The notes under the pieces: model-generated
Databases searched by the model: none
What the model saw: the letters and a program-made list of their open reading frames with translations, nothing else
What the model was told of the DNA's origin: nothing
Part shown: piece by piece, positions 1 to 13,250 of the stretch
Position numbering within the stretch: the stretch's first letter is position 1
How the letters are laid out: each line of letters opens with the position of its first letter
Program-made: the position numbers and the translations under genes
NCBI GenBank assembly: GCA_002189035.1
Contig: NEEC01000498.1
Span: forward strand, 1 to 34,776
Direction of reading: 5' to 3'
Origin: Utricularia gibba
Lineage: Eukaryota > Plantae > Magnoliophyta
DNA: 34,776 nt

Positions 1-1584
1 GCCTCCTCAAATATAAAGCATGCGGTTGAGAAAACCATTTGGGTGCTCATGACATCCTAACTTCAATAACTGCATCACGATTTTCGTCGAGTAGGACCCG
101 ATGTGGCAAAGGAGTCAGACGAACCTTGGTCAGAACGAAGTTCCAAAAGACATCACCCGCCCAGAAACGACAAGCTTTTCCTTGAGAAACCATGTAGGCA
201 GCCTATTAAAACCCAACGTTAATAAATGCATCACTTTTTTTGCTAAAAATGACTCTGGGCGAGCTCGACTCGACCTTTGCTCGATACCGTGCCCCACGAG
301 AGCGCCTCCTCAATATAAAAGCATGCGATTGAGAAAAACATTTTGGGTGCTCATGAAATCCTAACTTCAATAACTGCATCACGATTTTCGTCGAGTAGGA
401 CCAGATTGGCAAAGGAGTCAGACCGAACCTTGGGTCAGAACGAAGTTCACAACGACATCACCCGCCCAAAACGACAAGCTTTTCCTTGAGAAAACCATGT
501 AGGCAGCCTATTAAAACCAACGTTAATAAATGCATCAAGTTTTTTGCCGAGCTACAAATGACTATGGGCCCGAGCTCGACTCGACCTCCTACTCGATACC
601 GTTGCCCCACGAGAGCACCTTATCAATATAAAGCATGCGGTTGAGAAAACCATTTTGGGTGCTCATGACATCCTAACTTCAATAACTGCATCACGATTTT
701 CGTCGAGTAGGACCCGATGTGGCAAAGGAGTCAGACCGAACTTGGGTCAGAACGAAGTTCACAACGACATCACCCGCCAAAAACGACAAGCTTTTCCTTG
801 AGAAACCATGTAGGCAGCCTATTAAAACCAACGTTAATAAATGCATCAAGTTTTTTGCCGAGCTACAAATGACTATGGGCCCGAGCTCGACTCGACCTCC
901 CTCGATACCGTTGCCCCACGAGAGCGCCTTATCAAATATAAAGCATGCGGTTGAGAAAACCATTTTGGGTGCTCATGACATCCTAACTTCAATAACTGCA
1001 TCACGATTTTCGTCGAGTAGGACCCGATGTGGCAAAGGAGTCAGACAGAACCTTGGGTCAGAACGAAGTTCCAACGACATCACCCCCAGAAACGACAAGC
1101 TTTTCCTTGAGAAACTATGTAGGCAGCCTAAAACCGAACGTTAATAAATGCATCAATTTTTTGCGGCTACAAATGACTCTGGGCCGAGCTCGACTCGACC
1201 TCCTGCTCGATACCGTTGCCCCACGAGAGCGCCTCCTCAAATATAAAGCATGCGGTTGAGAAAACCATTTTGGGTGCTCATGACATCCTAACTTCAATAA
1301 CTGCATCACGATTTTCGTCGAGTAGGACCCGATGTGGCAAAGGAGTCAGACCGAACCTTGGGTCAGAACGAAGTTCCAACGACATCACCCGCCAAACGAC
1401 AAGCTTTTCCTTGAGAAACATGTAGGCAGCCTATAAAGCCGAACGTTAATAAATGCATCAATTTTTTTTGACAAATGACTCTGGGCCCGAGCTCGACTCG
1501 ACCTCCTGCTCGATACCGTTGCCCGAGAGTGCCTTATCAAATATAAAGCATGCGGTTGAGAAAACCATTTTGGGTGCTCATGAA

Positions 1585-3118
1585 TCCTAACTTCAATAAC
1601 TGCATCACGATTTTCGTCGAGTAGGACCCGATGTGGCAAAGGAGACAGACCGAACCTTGGTCAGAACGAAGTTCCAAAAGACATCACCCGCCCAAAACGA
1701 CAAGCTTTTCCTTGAGAAACATGTAGGCAGCCTATAAAACCAACGTTAATAAATGCATCAATTTTTTGCGGGCTACAAATGACTCTGGGCCGAGCTCGAC
1801 TCGACCTCTATACCGTTGCCCCACGAGAGCCTCCTCAAATATAAAGCATGCGGTTGAGAAAACCATTTTGGGTGCTCATGAAATCCTAACTTCAATAACT
1901 GCATCACGATTTTCGTCGAGTAGGACCAGATTTGGCAAAGGAGACAGACCGAACCTTGGGTCAGAACGAAGTTCACAACGACATCACCCGCCCAAAAACG
2001 ACAAGCTTTTCCTTGAGAAAACCATGTAGGCAGCCTATTAAAACCAACGTTAATAAATGCATCAAGTTTTTTGCCGAGCTACAAATGACTATGGGCCCGA
2101 GCTCGACTCGACCTCCTACTCGATACCGTTGCCCCACGAGAGCACCTTATCAAATATAAAGCATGCGGTTGAGAAAACCATTTTGGGTGCTCATGAATCC
2201 TAACTTCAATAACTGCATCACGATTTTCGTCGAGTAGGACCCGATGTGGCAAAGGAGTCAGACCGAACCTTGGGTCAGAACGAAGTTCACAACGACATCA
2301 CCCGCCCAAAAACGACAAGCTTTTCCTTGAGAAACATGTAGGCGCCTATTAAAACCAACGTTAATAAATGCATCAAGTTTTTTGCCGAGCTACAAATGAC
2401 TATGGGCCCGAGCTCGACTCGACCTCCTGCTCGATACCGTTGCCCACGAGAGCGCCTCCTCAAATATAAAGCATGCGGTTGAGAAAACCATTTTGGGTGC
2501 TCATGACATCCTAACTTCAATAACTGCATCACGATTTTCGTCGAGTAGGACCCGATGGCAAAGGAGTCAGACAGAACCTTGGGTCAACGAAGTTCCAACG
2601 ACATCACCCGCCCAGAAACGACAAGCTTTTCCTTGAGAAACTATGTAGGCAGCCTAATAAAACCGAACGTTAATAAATGCATCAATTTTTTTTGCCGGGC
2701 TACAAATGACTCTGGGCCCGAGCTCGACTCGACCTCTCGATACCGTTGCCCACGAGAGTGCCTTATCAAATATAAAGCATGCGGTTGAGAAAACCATTTT
2801 GGGTGCTCATGATATCCTAACTTCAATAACTGCATCACGATTTTCGTCGAGTAGGACCCGATGTGGCAAAGGAGTCAGACCGAACCTTGGTCAGAACGAA
2901 GTTCCAAAAGACATCACCCGCCAGAAACGACAAGCTTTTCCTTGAGAAACTATGTAGGCAGCCTATTAAAACCAACGTTAATAAATGCATCAATTTTTTG
3001 CCGGGCTACAAATGACTGGGCCGAGCTCGACTCGACCTCTGCTCGATACCGTTGCCCACAGAGAGCCTCCTCAAATATAAAGCATGCGGTTGAGAAACCA
3101 TTTTGGGTGCTCATGAAA
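1585..3118 (+). repeat. W-X-Y-Z-W run of the higher-order repeat
   Basis: W has CCAAAAGACATC. X has GGACCAGATTTGG at 1923, CCTACT at 2115 and GAGCACC at 2140. Y has AGGCGCCTATT. Z has CAGACAGAACC, GAGAGTGCC at 2754 and GATATCC at 2811. W follows. GAAATCC anchors at 1884 and 3119 are 1235 bp apart. Confidence 0.8.
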
Positions 3119-6100
3119 TCCTAACTTCAATAACTGCATCACGATTTTCGTCGAGTAGGACCCGATGTGGCAAAGGAGTCAGACCGAACCTTGGTCAGAA
3201 CGAAGTTCCAACGACATCACCCGCCCAAAAACGACAAGCTTTTCCTTGAGAAAACATGTAGGCAGCCTATTAAAACCAACGTTAATAAATGCATCAATTT
3301 TTTGCCGAGCTACAAATGACTATGGGCCGAGCTCGACTCGACCTCCTGCTCGATACCGTTGCCCCACGAGAGCGCCTTATCAAATATAAAGCATGCGGTT
3401 GAGAAAACCATTTTGGGTGCTCATGAATCCTAACTTCAATAACTGCATCACGATTTTCGTCGAGTAGGACCCGATGTGGCAAAGGAGTCAGACCGAACCT
3501 TGGGTCAGAACGAAGTTCACAACGACATCACCCGCCCAAAAACGACAAGCTTTTCCTTGAGAAAACCATTTAGGCTTAAAACCAACGTTAATAAATGCAT
3601 CAAGTTTTTTTGCCGAGCTACAAATGACTATGGGCCCGAGCTCGACTCGACCTCCTGCTCGATACCGTTGCCCCACGAGAGCGCCTCCTCAAATATAAAG
3701 CATGCGGTTGAGAAAACCATTTTGGGTGCTCATGACATCCTAACTTCAATAACTGCATCACGATTTTCGTCGAGTAGGACCCGATGTGGCAAAGGAGTCA
3801 GACAGAACCTTGGGTCCGAACGAAGTTCCAACGACATCACCCGCGCAGAAACGACAAGCTTTTCCTTGAGAAACTATGTAGGCAGCCTATAAAGCCGAAC
3901 GTTAATAAATGCATCAATTTTTTTTTGCCGGCTACAAATGACTCTGGGCCCGAGCTCGACTCGACCTCCTGCTCGATACCGTTGCCCACGAGAGCGCCTT
4001 ATCAAATATAAAGCATGCGGTTGAGAAAACCATTTTGGGTGCTCATGAATCCTAACTTCAATAACTGCATCACGATTTTCGTCGAGTAGGACCCGATGTG
4101 GCAAAGGAGTCAGACCGAACCTTGGTCAGAACGAAGTTCAAAAGACATCACCCGCCCAAAACGACAAGCTTTTCCTTGAGAAATATGTAGGCAGCCTATT
4201 AAAACCAACGTTAATAAATGCATCAATTTTTTTTGCCGGGCTACAAATGACTATGGGCCGAGCTCGACTCGACCTCCTCGATACCGTTGCCCCACGAGAG
4301 CGCCTCCTCAAATATAAAGCATGCGGTTGAGAAAACCATTTTGGGTGCTCATGAATCCTAACTTCAATAACTGCATCACGATTTTCGTCGAGTAGGACCC
4401 GATTTGGCAAAGGACAGACCGAACCTTGGGTCAGAACGAAGTTCACAACGACATCACCCGCCCAAAAACGACAAGCTTTTCCTTGAGAAACCATGTAGGC
4501 AGCCTATTAAAAAACGTTAATAAATGCATCAAGTTTTTTGCCGAGCTACAAATGACTATGGGCCCGAGCTCGACTCGACCTCCTACTCGATACCGTTGCC
4601 CCACGAGAGCACCTTATCAAATATAAAGCATGCGGTTGAGAAAACCATTTTGGGTGCTCATGACATCCTAACTTCAATAACTGCATCACGATTTTCGTCG
4701 AGTAGGACCCGATGTGGCAAAGGAGTCAGACCGAACCTTGGGTCAGAACGAAGTTCACAACGACATCACCCGCCCAAAAACGACAAGCTTTTCCTTGAGA
4801 AACAATGTAGGCCTATTAAAACCAACGTTAATAATGCATCAAGTTTTTTGCCGAGCTACAAATGACTATGGGCCCGAGCTCGACTCGACCTCCTGCTCGA
4901 TACCGTTGCCCCACGAGAGCGCCTCCTCAAATATAAAGCATGCGGTTGAGAAAACCATTTTGGGTGCTCATGACATCCTAACTTCAATAACTGCATCACG
5001 ATTTTCGTCGAGTAGGACCCGATGTGGCAAAGGAGTCAGACCGAACCTTGGTCAGAACGAAGTTCCAAAAGACATCACCCGCCCAGAAACGACAAGCTTT
5101 TCCTTGAGAAACATGTAGGCAGCCTATTAAAACCCCGTTAATAAATGCATCAATTTTTTGCGGCTAAAAATGACTCTGGGCCGAGCCCGACTCGACCTTG
5201 CCCGATACCGTTGCCCCACGAGAGCGCCTCCTCAAATATAAAGCATGCGGTTGAGAAAACCATTTTGGGTGCTCATGAAATCCTAACTTCAATAACTGCA
5301 TCACGATTTTCGTCGAGTAGGACCGATGTGGCAAAGGAGTCAGACCGAACCTTGGGTCAGAACGAAGTTCACAACGACATCACCCGCCCAAAAACGACAA
5401 GCTTTTCCTTGAGAAAACCATGTAGGCAGCTATTAAAACCAACGTTAATAAATGCATCAAGTTTTTTGCCGAGCTACAAATGACTATGGGCCCGAGCTCG
5501 ACTCGACCTCCTGCTCGATACGTTGCCCCACGAGAGCGCCTCCTCAAATATAAAGCATGCGGTTGAGAAAACCATTTTGGGTGCTCATGAATCCTAACTT
5601 CAATAACTGCATCACGATTTTCGTCGAGTAGGACCCGATGTGGCAAAGGAGTCAGACCGAACCTTGGGTCAGAACGAAGTTCCCAACGACATCACCCGCC
5701 AGAAACGACAAGCTTTTCCTGAGAAACTATGTAGGCAGCCTAATAAACCAACGTTAATAAATGCATCAATTTTTTTGCGGGCTACAAATGACTCTGGGAG
5801 CCGAGCTCGACTCGACCTTTTGCCGATACCGTTGCCCCACGAGAGCGCCTCCTCAAATATAAAGCATGCGGTTGAGAAAACATTTTGGGTGCTCATGAAA
5901 TCCTAACTTCAATAACTGCATCACGATTTTCGTCGAGTAGGACCAGATTGGCAAAGGAGACAGACCGAACCTTGGGTCAGAACGAAGTTCACAACGACAT
6001 CACCCGCCCAAAAACGACAAGCTTTTCCTTGAGAAAACCATTTAGGCAGCCTATTAAAACCAACGTTAATAAATGCATCAAGTTTTTTGCCGAGCTACAA

Positions 6101-7144
6101 ATGACTATGGGCCCGAGCTCGACTCGACCTCCTGCTCGATACCGTTGCCCCACGAGAGCGCCTCCTCAAATATAAGCATGCGGTTGAGAAAACCATTTTG
6201 GGTGCTCATGACATCCTAACTTCAATAACTGCATCACGATTTTCGTCGAGTAGGACCCGATGTGGCAAAGGAGTCAGACAGAACCTTGGGTCCGAACGAA
6301 GTTCCCAACGACATCACCCGCCAGAAACGACAAGCTTTTCCTTGAGAAACTATGTAGGCAGCCTATTAAACCAACGTTAATAAATGCATCAATTTTTTGC
6401 GGGCTACAAATGACTCTGGGCCCGAGCTCGACTCGACTCCTGCTCGATACCGTTGCCCACGAGAGCGCCTTATCAAATATAAAGCATGCGGTTGAGAAAA
6501 CCATTTTGGGTGCTCATGAATCCTAACTTCAAATAACTGCATCACGATTTTCGTCGAGTAGGACCCGATGTGGCAAAGGAGTCAGACCGAACCTTGGGTC
6601 AGAACGAAGTTCACAACGACATCACCCGCCCAAAAACGACAAGCTTTTTCCTTGAGAAACCATGTAGGCAGCCTATTAAAACCAACGTTAATAAATGCAT
6701 CAAGTTTTTTGCCGAGCTACAAATGACTATGGGCCCGAGCTCGACTCGACCTCCTGCTCGATACCGTTGCCCCACGAGAGCGCCTCCTCAAATAAAAGCA
6801 TGCGGTTGAGAAAACCATTTTGGGTGCTCATGAAATCCTAACTTCAATAACTGCATCACGATTTTCGTCGAGTAGGACCGATGTGGCAAAGGAAGACCGA
6901 ACCTTGGGTCAGAACGAAGTTCACAACGACATCACCGCCCCAAAAACGACAAGCTTTTCCTTGAGAAAACATGTAGGCAGCCTATTAAAACCAACGTTAA
7001 TAAATGCATCAAGTTTTTTGCCGAGCTACAAATGACTATGGGCCCGAGCTCGACTCGACCTCCTGCTCGATACCGTTGCCCACGAGAGCGCCTCCTCAAA
7101 TATAAAGCATGCGGTTGAGAAAACCATTTTGGGTGCTCATGACA

Positions 7145-7480
7145 TCCTAACTTCAATAACTGCATCACGATTTTCGTCGAGTAGGACCCGATGTGGCAAA
7201 GGAGTCAGACCGAACCTTGGGTCAGAACGAAGTTCCCAACGACATCACCCGCCCAAAACGACAAGCTTTTCCTTGAGAAAATGTAGGCGAACGTTAATAA
7301 ATGCATCAATTTTTTTGCGGGCTACAAATGACTCTGGGCCCGAGCTCGACTCGACCTGCTCGATACCGTTGCCCCACGAGAAAATAAAGCATGCGAGAAA
7401 ACCATTTGGGTGCTCATGAATCCTAACTTCAATAACTGCATCACGATTTTCGTCGAGTAGGACTGTGAAAGGAGTCAGAC
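7145..7480 (+). repeat. Shortened monomer (276 bp anchor-to-anchor) with several multi-base deletions
   Basis: GAAAATGTAGGCGAACGTT lacks most of CAGCCTAATAAAGCC. CACGAGAAAATAAAGCATGCGAGAAAACC lacks GCGCCTCCTC and GTTG. The next monomer starts GGACTGTGAAAGG. Confidence 0.8.
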
Positions 7481-8341
7481 CGAACCTTGGTCAGAACGAA
7501 GTTCACAACGACATCACCCGCCCAAAACGACAAGCTTTTCCTTGAGAAACCATGTAGGCAGCCTATTAAAACCAACGTTAATAAATGCATCAAGTTTTTT
7601 TGCCGAGCTACAAATGACTATGGGCCCGAGCTCGACTCGACCTCCTTCGATACCGTTGCCCCACGAGAGCCCTTATCAAATATAAAGCATGCGGTTGAGA
7701 AAACCATTTTGGGTGCTCATGAATCCTAACTTCAATAACTGCATCACGATTTTCGTCGAGTAGGACCCGATGTGGCAAAGGAGTCAGACCGAACCTTGGG
7801 TCAGAACGAAGTTCACAACGACATCACCCGCCCAAAAACGACAAGCTTTTCCTTGAGAAAACTATGTAGGCAGCTAATAAAACCAACGTTAATAAATGCA
7901 TCAATTTTTTGCCGAGCTACAAATGACTATGGGCCCGAGCTCGACTCGACCTCCTGCTCGATACCGTTGCCCCACGAGAGCGCCTCCTCAAATATAAAGC
8001 ATGCGGTTGAGAAAACCATTTTGGGTGCTCATGAATCCTAACTTCAATAACTGCATCACGATTTTCGTCGAGTAGGACCCGATGTGGCAAAGGAGTCAGA
8101 CAGAACCTTGGTCAGAACGAAGTTCCAACGACATCACCCGCCCAGAAACGACAAGCTTTTCCTTGAGAAACTATGTAGGCAGCCTAATAAACCAACGTTA
8201 ATAAATGCATCAATTTTTTGCGGGCTACAAATGACTATGGGCCCGAGCTCGACTCGACCTCCTGCTCGATACCGTTGCCCCACGAGAGCGCCTCCTCAAA
8301 TATAAAGCATGCGGTTGAGAAAAATTTTGGGTGCTCATGAA

Positions 8342-8626
8342 TCCTAACTTCAATAACTGCATCACGATTTTCGTCGAGTAGGACCCGATGTGGCAAAGGA
8401 GTCAGACCGAACCTTGGTCAGAACGAAGTTCGACATCACCCGCCAAAACGACAAGCTTTTCCTTGAGAAACCATGTAGGCAGCCTATTAAAACCAACGTT
8501 AATAATGCATCATTTTTTGCCTACAAATGACTCTGGGCGAGCTCGACTCGACCCTCGATACCGTTGCCCCACGAGAGCGCCTCCTCAAGCATGCGGTTGA
8601 GAAAACCATTTTGGGTGCTCATGAAA
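8342..8626 (+). repeat. Shortened monomer (285 bp)
   Basis: Several short deletions relative to consensus: GAAGTTCGACATC, TTTTGCCTACAAATG, GACCCTCGAT, CTCCTCAAGCATG. Confidence 0.8.
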
Positions 8627-11600
8627 TCCTAACTTCAATAACTGCATCACGATTTTCGTCGAGTAGGACCAGATGTGGCAAAGGAGTCAGACCGAACCTT
8701 GGGTCAGAACGAAGTTCACAACGACATCACCCGCCCAAAAACGACAAGCTTTTCCTTGAGAAAACCATTTAGGCAGCCTATTAAAACCAACCGTTAATAA
8801 ATGCATCAAGTTTTTTGCCGAGCTACAAATGACTATGGGCCCGAGCTCGACTCGACCTCCTACTCGATACCGTTGCCCCACGAGAGCCCTTATCAAATAT
8901 AAAGCATGCGGTTGAGAAAACCATTTTGGGTGCTCATGAATCTAACTTCAATAACTGCATCACGATTTTCGTCGAGTAGGACCCGATGTGGCAAAGGAGT
9001 CAGACCGAACCTTGGGTCAGAACGAAGTTCACAACGACATCACCCGCCCAAAAACGACAAGCTTTTCCTTGAGAAACCATGTAGGCAGCTATTAAAACCC
9101 AACGTTAATAAATGCATCAAGTTTTTTGCCGAGCTACAAATGACTATGGGCCCGAGCTCGACTCGACCTCCTGCTCGATACCGTTGCCCCACGAGAGCGC
9201 CTCCTCAAATATAAAGCATGCGGTTGAGAAAACCATTTTGGGTGCTCATGACATCCTAACTTCAATAACTGCATCACGATTTTCGTCGAGTAGGACCCGA
9301 TGTGGCAAAGGAGTCAGACAGAACCTTGGTCAGAACGAAGTTCCAACGACATCACCCGCCCAGAAACGACAAGCTTTTCCTTGAGAAAACTTGTAGGCAG
9401 CCTATTAAACCAACGTTAATAAATGCATCAATTTTTTGCCGAGCTACAAATGACTAGGCCCGAGCTCGACTCGACCTCCTGCTCGATACCGTTGCCCCAC
9501 GAGAGCGCCTTATCAAATATAAAGCATGCGGTTGAGAAAACCATTTTGGGTGCTCATGAATCCTAACTTCAATAACTGCATCACGATTTTCGTCGAGTAG
9601 GACCCGATGTGGCAAAGGAGTCAGACCGAACCTTGGTCAGAACGAAGTTCCAAACGACATCACCCGCCCAGAAACGACAAGCTTTTCCTTGAGAAACATG
9701 TAGGCAGCCTATTAAAACCAACGTTAATAAATGCATCAATTTTTTTGCCGGGCTACAAATGACTCTGGGCCGAGCTCGACTCGACCTCCTGCTCGATACC
9801 GTTGCCCCACGAGAGAGCCTCCTCAAATATAAAGCATGCGGTTGAGAAAACCATTTTGGGTGCTCATGAAATCCTAACTTCAATAACTGCATCACGATTT
9901 TCGTCGAGTAGGACCCGATTTGGCAAAGGAGTCAGACCGAACCTTGGGTCAGAACGAAGTTCAACGACATCACCCGCCAAAACGACAAGCTTTTCCTTGA
10001 GAAAACCATGTAGGCAGCCTATTAAAACCAACGTTAATAAATGCATCAAGTTTTTTGCCGAGCTACAAATGACTATGGGCCCGAGCTCGACTCGACCTCC
10101 TGCTCGATACCGTTGCCCCACGAGAGCACCTTATCAAATATAAAGCATGCGGTTGAGAAAACCATTTTGGGTGCTCATGAATCCTAACTTCAATAACTGC
10201 ATCACGATTTTCGTCGAGTAGGACCGATGTGGCAAAGGAGTCAGACCGAACCTTGGGTCAGAACGAAGTTCACAACGACATCACCCGCCCAAAAAACGAC
10301 AAGCTTTTCCTTGAGAAACAATGTAGGCAGCTATTAAAACCAACGTTAATAAATGCATCAAGTTTTTTGCCGAGCTACAAATGACTATGGGCCCGAGCTC
10401 GACTCGACCTCCTGCTCGATACCGTTGCCCCACGAGAGCGCCTCCTCAAATATAAAGCATGCGGTTGAGAAAACCATTTTGGGTGCTCATGACATCCTAA
10501 CTTCAATAACTGCATCACGATTTTCGTCGAGTAGGACCCGATGTGGCAAAGGAGTCAGACAGAACCTTGGTCAGAACGAAGTTCCAACGACATCACCGCC
10601 CAGAAACGACAAGCTTTTCCTTGAGAAACTATGTAGGCAGCCTAATAAAGCCGAACGTTAATAAATGCATCAATTTTTTGCCGGGCTACAAATGACTCTG
10701 GCCCGAGCTCGACTCGACCTCTCGATACCGTTGCCCACGAGAGCGCCTTATCAAATATAAAGCATGCGGTTGAGAAAACCATTTTGGGTGCTCATGAATC
10801 CTAACTTCAATAACTGCATCACGATTTTCGTCGAGTAGGACCCGATGTGGCAAAGGAGTCAGACCGAACCTTGGGTCAGAACGAAGTTCCCAACGACATC
10901 ACCCGCCCAAAACGACAAGCTTTTCCTTGAGAAACATGTAGGCAGCCTAATAAAACCAACGTTAATAAATGCATCAATTTTTTTGCCGGCTACAAATGAC
11001 TATGGGCCGAGCTCGACTCGACCTCCTGCTCGATACCGTTGCCCCACGAGAGCCTCCTCAAATATAAAGCATGCGGTGAGAAAACCATTTTGGGTGCTCA
11101 TGAAATCCTAACTTCAATAACTGCATCACGATTTTCGTCGAGTAGGACCCGATGTGGCAAAGGAGTCAGACCGAACCTTGGGTCAGAACGAAGTTCCAAC
11201 GACATCACCCGCCCAAAAAACGACAAGCTTTTCCTTGAGAAACCATGTAGGCAGCCTATTAAACCAACGTTAATAAATGCATCAATTTTTTGCCGAGCTA
11301 CAAATGACTATGGGCCCGAGCTCGACTCGACCTCCTGCTCGATACCGTTGCCCCACGAGAGCGCCTTATCAAATATAAAGCATGCGGTTGAGAAAACCAT
11401 TTTGGGTGCTCATGAATCCTAACTTCAATAACTGCATCACGATTTTCGTCGAGTAGGACCCGATGTGGCAAAGGAGTCAGACCGAACCTTGGGTCAGAAC
11501 GAAGTTCACAACGACATCACCCGCCCAAAACGACAAGCTTTTCCTTGAGAAAACAATGTAGGCGCTATTAAAACCAACGTTAATAAATGCATCAAGTTTT

Positions 11601-12955
11601 TTGCCGAGCTACAAATGACTATGGGCCCGAGCTCGACTCGACTCCCTGCTCGATACCGTTGCCCCACGAGAGCGCCTCCTCAAATATAAAGCATGCGGTT
11701 GAGAAAACCATTTTGGGTGCTCATGACATCCTAACTTCAATAACTGCATCACGATTTTCGTCGAGTAGGACCCGATGTGGCAAAGGAGTCAGACGAACCT
11801 TGGGTCAGAACGAAGTTCCAACGACATCACCCGCCAGAAACGACAAGCTTTTCCTTGAGAAACTATGTAGGCAGCCTATAAAAACGTTAATAAATGCATC
11901 AATTTTTTTTGCCGGGCTACAAATGACTCTGGGCCCGAGCTCGACTCGACCCTCGATACCGTTGCCCACGAGAGCGCCTTATCAAATATAAAGCATGCGG
12001 TTGAGAAAACCATTTTGGGTGCTCATGAATCCTAACTTCAATAACTGCATCACGATTTTCGTCGAGTAGGACCCGATGTGGCAAAGGAGTCAGACCGAAC
12101 CTTGGTCAGAACGAAGTTCAAACGACATCACCCGCCAAAAACGACAAGCTTTTCCTTGAGAAACATGTAGGCAGCCTAATAAAGCCGAACGTTAATAAAT
12201 GCATCAATTTTTTTGCCGGCTACAAATGACTATGGGCCCGAGCTCGACTCGACCTCTGCTCGATACCGTTGCCCCACGAGAGCCTCCTCAAATATAAAGC
12301 ATGCGGTTGAGAAAACCATTTTGGGTGCTCATGACATCCTAACTTCAATAACTGCATCACGATTTTCGTCGAGTAGGACCCGATGTGGCAAAGGAGTCAG
12401 ACCGAACCTTGGGTCAGAACGAAGTTCACAACGACATCACCCGCCCAAAACGACAAGCTTTTCCTTGAGAAACTATGTAGGCAGCCTATTAAAACCAACG
12501 TTAATAAATGCATCAATTTTTTGCCGAGCTACAAATGACTATGGGCCCGAGCTCGACTCGACCTCCTACTCGATACCGTTGCCCACGAGAGCCTTATCAA
12601 ATATAAAGCATGCGGTTGAGAAAACCATTTTGGGTGCTCATGAATCCTAACTTCAATAACTGCATCACGATTTTCGTCGAGTAGGACCCGATGTGGCAAA
12701 GGAGTCAGACCGAACCTTGGGTCAGAACGAAGTTCCAACGACATCACCCGCCCAAAAACGACAAGCTTTTCCTTGAGAAAACAATGTAGGCGCTATTAAA
12801 ACCAACGTTAATAATGCATCAAGTTTTTTGCCGAGCTACAAATGACTATGGGCCCGAGCTCGACTCGACCTCCTACTCGATACCGTTGCCCCACGAGAGC
12901 GCCTCCTCAAATATAAAGCATGCGGTTGAGAAAACCATTTTGGGTGCTCATGACA
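8627..12955 (+). repeat. Tetrameric higher-order repeat tract (X-Y-Z-W, ~1.23-1.25 kb period)
   Basis: GAAATCC anchors at 8627, 9872 and 11106 (spacing 1245, 1234). GACATCC anchors preceding Z-type monomers at 9254, 10495, 11729 and 12956 (1241, 1234, 1227). The Y marker AACAATGTAGG occurs at about 10319, 11554 and 12782 (1235, 1228). Confidence 0.85.
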
Positions 12956-13250
12956 TCCTAACTTCAATAACTGCATCACGATTTTCGTCGAGTAGGACCC
13001 GATGTGGCAAAGGAGTCAGACCGAACCTTGGTCAGAACGAAGTTCAAACGACATCACCCGCCAGAAACGACAAGCTTTTCCTTGAGAAACCATGTAGGCA
13101 GCCTATTAAAACCCAACGTTAATAAATGCATCAATTTTTTGCGCTACTCTGGCGAGCTCGACTCGACCTGCTCGATACCGTTGCCCCACGAGAGCGCCTC
13201 CTCAAATATAAAGCATGCGGTTGAGAAAACCATTTTGGGTGCTCATGAAA
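12956..13250 (+). repeat. Shortened monomer (295 bp) at an HOR phase break
   Basis: TTTTTTGCGCTACTCTGGCGAGCTCGACTCGACCTGCTC lacks about 20 bp. The monomer follows a GACATCC anchor (Z position) but ends in GAAATCC (W position), so this HOR unit is one monomer short. Confidence 0.75.
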
